From: Eledone cirrhosa
Taxonomy: Eukaryota
Length of the DNA stretch: 22,891 nt
Direction of reading: 5' to 3'
Assembly: GCA_964016885.1 (NCBI GenBank)
Contig: CAXHJY010001121.1
Location: 1 to 22,891 of the forward strand
In this document: one piece after another, positions 12,246 to 22,891 of the stretch
Layout: each line of letters opens with the position of its first letter
Numbering within the stretch: position 1 is the stretch's first letter
Position numbers and translations under genes: made by a program
The notes under the pieces: model-generated
The model's input: the letters and a program-made list of their open reading frames with translations, nothing else
What the model was told of the DNA's origin: nothing
Database searches by the model: none

Positions 12246-13565
12246 ATAAATAAGTACTCAATAAATATACGCATATACACAGGCACATAAAAACAGCTCT
12301 ACAGGCAGAAAATGCAGATAGGTAAGAGGTACTCACATAACCATAGTGGCCGTATTTCAGGTTGAGGAGGGGTGGGGGTAGGGTGGGAAGGAGGTATAGG
12401 GGCTAATAGGAGGAGGTCGTTTTTAGCCATCGGGCTTTCACACTGGCTTAAAGTATTTGAAAGTTGCAAAGTTCTTGTGCATGCAGTTCGGGCAGTGTTC
12501 AGAGAGTTAGTTCAGTAGCGGGCCCTTGGCGAATAAAATTTCGTAGCTCTCTGAGATACAAAGGTCGCAGCCCTTGTGCCCTCCGTTGTAAGAGCGCGCA
12601 TTCTGGAGTATTTTCCATTTAAGCGTGAAGGGGGTGGAGTTCCTTTTGAGGTCCCAAACATAAGAGGCGAGTGTTGTCTGGTTCGATTTGTCCGGTCTTC
12701 TGAAGGAGTGGGTATGGGGATTCCAACGGGTCTTAAAGTTATTGGAGGTCATGCCGATGTAAGTTTTTTTGTTATTGCAATCATCGGTGGCTGAGATGAC
12801 ATCGCATTTGTATACGATATCATTTGTGAGGCATTTGTTTTCAAGTGGGCATGCTTCCTTATTTAGGCAATTACACGAAGCCCCAGTCCGGGGATTGGGT
12901 TCGGAGGTGGTTGGCTTATTTAATTTTTTAGAATTGTGGTTGGCTATATTCCTAGCTAGGTTAGGTGTAGTGGAATAGGAGAGTCTTATTGTGTTCTTAT
13001 TAAAGATGGTGTGGTACCTATGTTGTATGGGGAAGTGTAATTTCAGCAAAGTGAAGAAACTCATAGCTATCGGTGTAGAGACCTCTCTATTGAAGGGAGG
13101 GTTGTACCAGCTAATCTGCCTATGCTTATTTCTCCTCTGCAATCTTGCGGTTGTTTCTAGGTAGGTTATATTATCTTTAAATCCGCTGCGGGCGAGGGCG
13201 TCATTGTAGTAGGAGGGAGAGGCGTTAAAAATATCTTTGTTGGCGGAGAGGCCAGATATTCTAATAGAGACGCTTTATACTAGGTTATCAGTGATGTTTT
13301 GGGGGTGGTTTGAATTAACATTAATATATCTAAGGGACTCGTTAGATTTGTGGTACGGGTAATAGAGGGAAGTATCTAGGTCGAGAGTGACAGCCAAGAA
13401 GTTGGCACTAGTCAAATTAGATTCTATAGTTATACTAAATCCTAGATTAGAGAAGAACTGGCTTAAGTTTTTCCGAAATACATTGGTAGATCTGGGGTTA
13501 ACCTTGTGCAGGGCGAAGAGGCCGTCGTCTCGGTATAAACCTCCGGTTAGGCCGGTAAAGAGATA
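12246..13565 (-). mobile_element. 5'-truncated Naiad-type Penelope-like element D
   Basis: Coding remnant at 12438-13560 plus pyrimidine-rich 3' UTR, flanked by microsatellite. Confidence 0.88.
12438..13560 (-). pseudogene. PLE RT (from catalytic motif) plus GIY-YIG endonuclease
   Basis: Single frame: GLYRDDGL (YRDD at 13524-13535), ANFLAVTLDL, YINVNSNHP, WYNPPF, CNCLNKEACPLENKC, IVYKC...YIGMTSNNFKTRW, CDLCISE, LLN*LSEHCPNCMH. Two TAA stops (13275-13277, 12507-12509). Probable true stop TGA at 12438-12440. Confidence 0.92.
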
Positions 13566-13569
13566 TATG

Positions 13570-13609
<40 letters not shown>

Positions 13610-13640
13610 GAGATCAAAAGATGGTTAAAGGAGTTCCATG

Positions 13641-13710
13641 TATTTTATTATGCGCATTTAAAAAACAAACATCATCATGCAATAATATTTGTGTTTTCAT
13701 CAGATAAAAC
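13641..13710 (-). ncRNA. Hammerhead family H3, inverted copy with G12 mutated
   Basis: Same as the + copy except GAAA reads TAAA (A at 13660). Confidence 0.7.
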
Positions 13711-13818
13711 AGGAGGACATGATATGAAGGCTAAAAAACACTTGTGGATAGTGCAGTTTTAAATCAACATAACTGCACTATCCACAAGTGTTTTTTAGCC
13801 TTCATATCATGTCCTCCT

Positions 13819-13888
13819 GTTTTATCTGATGAAAACACAAATATTATTGCATGATGATGTTTGTTTTTGAAATGCGCATAATAAAATA
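13819..13888 (+). ncRNA. Type I hammerhead ribozyme, family H3 (AUA site)
   Basis: GTTTTAT-CTGATGA (13826-13832). Long stem II ACAAATATTATT/GATGATGTTTGT with three G-U pairs. GAAA at 13869-13872, palindromic stem III ATGCGCAT, A17 at 13880, then ATAAAAT. Confidence 0.85.
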
Positions 13889-14011
13889 CATGGAACTCCT
13901 TTAACCATCTTTTGATCTTATATATTATGTATACTCCAGTCCTACAAACTGTAGAGTGCTTCTTATTCGATATCTGCATTGCTTTATTGTACTACAATAA
14001 AACTCACCTCC

Positions 14012-14201
<190 letters not shown>

Positions 14202-15308
14202 CAAGCCATGTATAAAGAAACAGTCAGCAAGGTTAGAATTAACAACGAATATAGTGAAGAGTTTAGTTTCAAAGTTGGTGTTCATCAGGGCTCTGTTCTT
14301 AGCCCCCTACTATTTATTATTGCCCTCCAGGCTATAACAGTGGAGTTCAAGACCGGTTGCCCATGGGAACTCCTATACGCAGATGATCTAACGCTCATAG
14401 CTGAATCAATGGCCGAGCTAGAGAAGAAATTCCAAACATGGAAGCACGGCCTAGAATCAAAAGGCCTTAAAATTAACCTGGCTAAGACTAAAGTTCTAGT
14501 TTGTAAGAAAGAAAATAAGGCGGCGGTCCCCTCCGGGAAGTGGCCATGCGCAGAGTGTAGGAAAGGCGTAGGTAGAAATTCCATTTTGTGTCCCAAATGC
14601 AAAGTTGGGGTGCATAAAAGATGTAGTGGGATCACAGGTAAGCTAACTAAGAACATAGATTTTACATGTGGCCGGTGTTCTGGGGCAATAAGTAGCAGCA
14701 AGTGCCCACAAAATACTAGCTCTTTCAACTGCGCAGAGGGTTCTATAGAAATAGTGGACAGCTTCCGTTACCTGGGTGACAAAATCAGCAGTGGGGGAGG
14801 GTGCTCTGAAATTACAGTAGCTAGAGTCAGAACTGGGTGGAAAAAGTTCAGAGAGCTTATACCACTATTAGCCGCTAAAGGGTTCTCCCTAAAAATGAAA
14901 GGCAGGCTGTACGATGCCTGCATACGAACAGCAATGTTGCATGGCAGTGAGACCTGGGCATTGTGTGCAGAGGATATACGCAGACTAGAGAGAAACGAAG
15001 CTTGCATGCTACGTGAACGACAAAGCATAAACGAACTAAGGAAAAAATTAGAAATAAGAGGGATCAGATGTTGTTTACTAGAGAGAAGGCTACGTTGGTA
15101 TGGTCACGTGATGCGCATGAAGGATGATAGCTGTATAACAAAGTGCAGGGCAATAAAGATAGACGGTAGCCACGGAATAGGCAGACCCAGAAAAACCTGG
15201 GACGAGCTGATAAACTCCGACCTCACACACTTACACCTCACCAAGACAATGTCACTGGACCGAGACCTTTGGCGGTACTCAGTAATAGAGAAGACCCGCC
15301 TTACCTAA
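14202..15308 (+). pseudogene. RTE reverse transcriptase C-terminal half with inserted PHD-type zinc finger
   Basis: [26 protein letters not shown]4HC3 finger (14547-14678), FRYLG, MLHGSETW, RRLRWYGHVMR, GRPRKTW. No stops. The N-terminal YIYI of the tracked ORF is microsatellite. Confidence 0.92.
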
Positions 15309-15659
15309 ATACAAAGTAAAACCTACTACAGTCAGTAGGCATCTCTAACAAAATACACCCCCGTCCCACCACCCCCACCACATCCACACCGCCCCCTTCT
15401 TTGTAAAGTTATGTTGGTGCCACACCATCCAGGCCGAAACAAATGAGATCGTGTAGGTGTCACGACAAAAAACATACAGTCCACGCTGTAATGTGGCCGT
15501 GTAGGCAACACGGTAAAAACCTCCCAGACCCACACTGTAAATGTGGTTCGTGTTAGGAAGGGCATCCAACTGTAGAAAACCTGCCAGACAGTCCTATGCG
15601 AGCAAGACAATCACTCTTGTCTCTTGTTAAACGTTGATGATGATGATGATGATGATGAT
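14202..15659 (+). mobile_element. 5'-truncated RTE-clade LINE with (GAT)n tail
   Basis: RT ORF to 15308, 3' UTR containing TTAGGAAGGGCATCCA, ending GTTAAACGTT(GAT)8. Confidence 0.9.
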
Positions 15660-15668
15660 ATATAGATG

Positions 15669-15726
<58 letters not shown>

Positions 15727-15728
15727 TG

Positions 15729-15761
<33 letters not shown>

Positions 15762-15780
15762 GTATATATATATATATATA
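15660..15780. repeat. (TA)n microsatellite with TAGATG variants
   Basis: Directly visible. Confidence 0.95.
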
Positions 15781-15814
15781 TTGGAAAATGTGTGTAATCC
15801 TTGGTACAGTTAGG

Positions 15815-16142
15815 TATATTAAGACAGGGGGGAAGAAAAAATGGCTTCACTTGTGCTTTCAACAATTTTATTTTCTTCACACAATCCAAAAAGAATTTTT
15901 TTCCGGATTAGAAAAAATTTTTTTTAAATAAATTTTTTTATATAAATTAAGTTGTTGGTTGTTGGTTAGGTCTTAATACGAAACAATACCTCCTACGTTA
16001 ACCAAGAACTCCTAAGACCTAACCAACAACCTACAACTTAATTTATAAAATAATTTTTTTTAAGAAAAATTATTTTTGGATTTTGTGAAGAAAATAAATT
16101 TGTTGAAAGCACAAGTGAAGCCATTTTTTCTTCCCCCCTGTC

Positions 16143-16149
<7 letters not shown>
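15815..16149. mobile_element. Long imperfect inverted repeat; possible TTAA-flanked MITE (15823-16142)
   Basis: Arms at about 15815-15975 and 16012-16149 with an indel-rich A/T middle. Ends read TTAA-GACAGGGGGG...CCCCCCTGTC-TTAA. Confidence 0.55.
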
Positions 16150-16201
<52 letters not shown>

Positions 16202-16280
16202 GTATATATATGTATGTATATGTATATATATATGTATATATATATATATATATATGTATATGTATATATATATGTATATG

Positions 16281-16337
<57 letters not shown>

Positions 16338-16342
16338 GTATG

Positions 16343-16397
<55 letters not shown>

Positions 16398-16539
16398 GTA
16401 TATATATATATATGTATATATGTATATATATATATATGTATATATAAATGTATATATATATATAGTTGTATATGTGTATATATATATATATTTATGTATA
16501 TATATATATATATATGTATATGTATATATATATGTATAT

Positions 16540-16591
<52 letters not shown>

Positions 16592-16592
16592 G

Positions 16593-16667
<75 letters not shown>

Positions 16668-16716
16668 GTATATGTATATATATATGTATATATATATGTA
16701 TATGTATATATATATC

Positions 16717-16747
<31 letters not shown>

Positions 16748-16870
16748 CTATATATGTATATATATATCTATATATATATATATATATGTATATATATCTA
16801 TATATGTATATATATATCTATATATGTATATATATATGTATATATATAAATATATATGTATATATATATG

Positions 16871-16906
<36 letters not shown>

Positions 16907-16918
16907 TGTATATATATG

Positions 16919-16949
<31 letters not shown>

Positions 16950-17350
16950 CTATATATATATATATATGTATATATATCTATATATGTATATATATATCTA
17001 TATATGTATATATATATGTATATATATAAATATATATGTATATATATATCTATATATGTATATATATATGTATATATATAAATATATATGTATATATATA
17101 TATGTATATATATATGTATATATATATGTATATATATATGTATATATATGTATATATATATGTATATATATGTATATATATATGTATATATATGTATATA
17201 TATATGTATATATATGTATATATATATGTATATATATATATGTATATATGTGTATATATATATGTATATATATGTATATATATATATGTATATATATATA
17301 TGTATATATGTATATATATATATATATGTATATATATGTATATATGTATA

Positions 17351-17393
<43 letters not shown>

Positions 17394-17403
17394 GTATATA
17401 TAT

Positions 17404-17455
<52 letters not shown>

Positions 17456-17496
17456 TATTATATATATGTATATATATGTATATATATATATGTATA

Positions 17497-17747
<251 letters not shown>

Positions 17748-17748
17748 G

Positions 17749-17823
<75 letters not shown>

Positions 17824-17836
17824 GTATATATATATG

Positions 17837-18034
<198 letters not shown>

Positions 18035-18053
18035 TACATATGTATATATATAT

Positions 18054-18222
<169 letters not shown>

Positions 18223-18233
18223 TGTATATGTAT

Positions 18234-18281
<48 letters not shown>

Positions 18282-18325
18282 GTATGTATATGTATATATA
18301 TATATATATATGTATATGTATATAT

Positions 18326-18357
<32 letters not shown>

Positions 18358-18369
18358 GTATATGTATAT

Positions 18370-18558
<189 letters not shown>

Positions 18559-18559
18559 C

Positions 18560-18644
<85 letters not shown>

Positions 18645-18646
18645 CA

Positions 18647-18712
<66 letters not shown>

Positions 18713-18853
18713 TATATATATATATATAGGCATATATATATATATAGGCATATATATATATATGCATATATATATATATATATAGGCATATATATATATA
18801 TATATAGGCATATATATATATATATAGGCATATATATATATATATATATAGGC

Positions 18854-18920
<67 letters not shown>

Positions 18921-18946
18921 GGCATATATATATATATATAGGCATA

Positions 18947-18982
<36 letters not shown>

Positions 18983-19012
18983 GGCATATATATATATATA
19001 TATATAGGCATA

Positions 19013-19052
<40 letters not shown>

Positions 19053-19074
19053 GGCATATATATATATAGGCATA

Positions 19075-19112
<38 letters not shown>

Positions 19113-19117
19113 GGCAC

Positions 19118-19176
<59 letters not shown>

Positions 19177-19358
19177 GGAACGAGTGGGAACACGACTCAA
19201 GCGGTTTCGTCGGCTAATTCTGGACGCAGAATTAGCCGTCGAAACGGCTTGAGCTCAGCCGTCGAGGTCCAACTCCTTCCTATTACCCACTCTACTACCA
19301 TAACTATTGAGTACTTTGGTGCGTTATGGTCCTCCTGGTTCCTTATCACATTTCCTTT
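19177..19358. other. 182-bp CpG-rich module with 27-bp hairpin, copy 1
   Basis: Arms at 19196-19222 and 19227-19253, loop GACG, two mismatches (G.G and T.T). Confidence 0.93.
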
Positions 19359-19359
19359 G

Positions 19360-19409
<50 letters not shown>

Positions 19410-19440
19410 GTATATATATATGTATATATATATGTATATG

Positions 19441-19495
<55 letters not shown>

Positions 19496-19526
19496 GTATG
19501 TATATGTATAATATATATATATATAC

Positions 19527-19559
<33 letters not shown>

Positions 19560-19703
19560 GTATATATATATATATGTATATATGTATATATATATATATA
19601 TGTATATATAAATGTATATATATATATAGTTGTATATGTGTATATATATATATATTTATGTATATATATATATATATATGTATATGTATATATATATGTA
19701 TAT

Positions 19704-19831
<128 letters not shown>

Positions 19832-19880
19832 GTATATGTATATATATATGTATATATATATGTATATGTATATATATATC

Positions 19881-19911
<31 letters not shown>

Positions 19912-19932
19912 CTATATATGTATATATATATC

Positions 19933-19963
<31 letters not shown>

Positions 19964-20036
19964 CTATATATGTATATATATATCTATATATGTATATATA
20001 TATGTATATATATAAATATATATGTATATATATATG

Positions 20037-20071
<35 letters not shown>

Positions 20072-20496
20072 GTATATATATATCTATATATATATATGTA
20101 TATATATATCTATATATGTATATATATATGTATATATATAAATATATATGTATATATATATCTATATATGTATATATATGTATATATATAAATATATATG
20201 TATATATATATATGTATATATATATGTATATATATATGTATATATATATGTATATATATGTATATTTATATGTATATATATGTATATATATATGTATATA
20301 TATATGTATATATGTATATATATATGTATATATATGTATATATATATGTATATATATATATGTATATATGTATATATATATATGTATATATGTGTATATA
20401 TATATGTATATATATGTATATATATATGTATATATATATATGTATATATGTATATATATATATATATGTATATATATGTATATATGTATATATATG

Positions 20497-20529
<33 letters not shown>

Positions 20530-20530
20530 G

Positions 20531-20561
<31 letters not shown>

Positions 20562-20562
20562 G

Positions 20563-20883
<321 letters not shown>

Positions 20884-20896
20884 GTATATATATATG

Positions 20897-21096
<200 letters not shown>

Positions 21097-21115
21097 TACA
21101 TATGTATATATATAT

Positions 21116-21236
<121 letters not shown>

Positions 21237-21246
21237 TATGTATATG

Positions 21247-21280
<34 letters not shown>

Positions 21281-21291
21281 TGTATATGTAT

Positions 21292-21339
<48 letters not shown>

Positions 21340-21383
21340 GTATGTATATGTATATATATATATATATATGTATATGTATATAT

Positions 21384-21415
<32 letters not shown>

Positions 21416-21442
21416 GTATATGTATATATATATATGTATATG

Positions 21443-21613
<171 letters not shown>

Positions 21614-21614
21614 C

Positions 21615-21701
<87 letters not shown>

Positions 21702-21703
21702 CA

Positions 21704-21769
<66 letters not shown>

Positions 21770-21910
21770 TATATATATATATATAGGCATATATATATAT
21801 ATAGGCATATATATATATATGCATATATATATATATATATAGGCATATATATATATATATATAGGCATATATATATATATATAGGCATATATATATATAT
21901 ATATATAGGC

Positions 21911-21979
<69 letters not shown>

Positions 21980-22005
21980 GGCATATATATATATATATAG
22001 GCATA

Positions 22006-22041
<36 letters not shown>

Positions 22042-22067
22042 GGCATATATATATATATATAGGCATA

Positions 22068-22107
<40 letters not shown>

Positions 22108-22127
22108 GGCATATATATATATAGGCA

Positions 22128-22165
<38 letters not shown>

Positions 22166-22170
22166 GGCAC

Positions 22171-22229
<59 letters not shown>

Positions 22230-22411
22230 GGAACGAGTGGGAACACGACTCAAGCGGTTTCGTCGGCTAATTCTGGACGCAGAATTAGCCGTCGAAACGG
22301 CTTGAGCTCAGCCGTCGAGGTCCAACTCCTTCCTATTACCCACTCTACTACCATAACTATTGAGTACTTTGGTGCGTTATGGTCCTCCTGGTTCCTTATC
22401 ACATTTCCTTT
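22230..22411. other. 182-bp CpG-rich module with 27-bp hairpin, copy 2
   Basis: Identical by eye to 19177-19358. Hairpin at 22249-22306. Confidence 0.93.
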
Positions 22412-22491
22412 ACATATATATATATATATAATATATATATATATATATGTATATATATATGTATATATATATGTATATATATATGTATATG

Positions 22492-22546
<55 letters not shown>

Positions 22547-22551
22547 GTATG

Positions 22552-22598
<47 letters not shown>

Positions 22599-22742
22599 GT
22601 ATATATATATATATGTATATATGTATATATATATATATATGTATATATAAATGTATATATATATATAGTTGTATATGTGTATATATATATATATTTATGT
22701 ATATATATATATATATATGTATATGTATATATATATGTATAT

Positions 22743-22872
<130 letters not shown>

Positions 22873-22891
22873 GTATATGTATATATATATG

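Larger units (their letters stand above)
13601..13928. repeat. Inverted repeat, ~158-bp arms, 12-nt spacer
   Basis: 13601-13758 is the reverse complement of 13771-13928, with 2 mismatches seen. Unique sequence continues to ~14013 on the right only. Confidence 0.97.

Noticed and set aside
12361-12420. G-rich tract as a functional G-quadruplex
   Set aside because: It is the antisense of a pyrimidine-rich PLE 3' UTR, with no further support.
15950-16040. Telomere-like GGTTAGG/CCTAACC motifs
   Set aside because: Single occurrences inside the inverted repeat, not an array.

Overview
Eukaryotic, non-genic window made almost entirely of transposable-element debris embedded in (TA)n/(TG)n microsatellite. 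The LINE 3' tails and microsatellite density suggest an octopus/cephalopod genome (inference from recall, no search run). No host gene is evident, and most ORFs in the track are microsatellite artefacts. Identifiable parts are: a Helitron 3' end with decayed RepHel-like 5' exons; a Tc1/mariner-pogo-like MITE; three clear and one weak Penelope-like element (PLE) fragments (two Naiad-type); a 5'-truncated CR1-group LINE; an RTE LINE with a PHD finger inside its RT; a 551-bp tandem unit; a TTAA-flanked inverted repeat; and a ~3.05-3.16 kb higher-order repeat of microsatellite plus an identical 182-bp CpG-rich hairpin module. The strongest non-obvious signals are (i) six type I hammerhead ribozyme motifs from three sequence families, plus one degenerate and one half motif, and (ii) a recurring architecture in which an insertion is capped by an inverted copy of itself that ends in (TA)n. 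All folds and alignments were done by eye.
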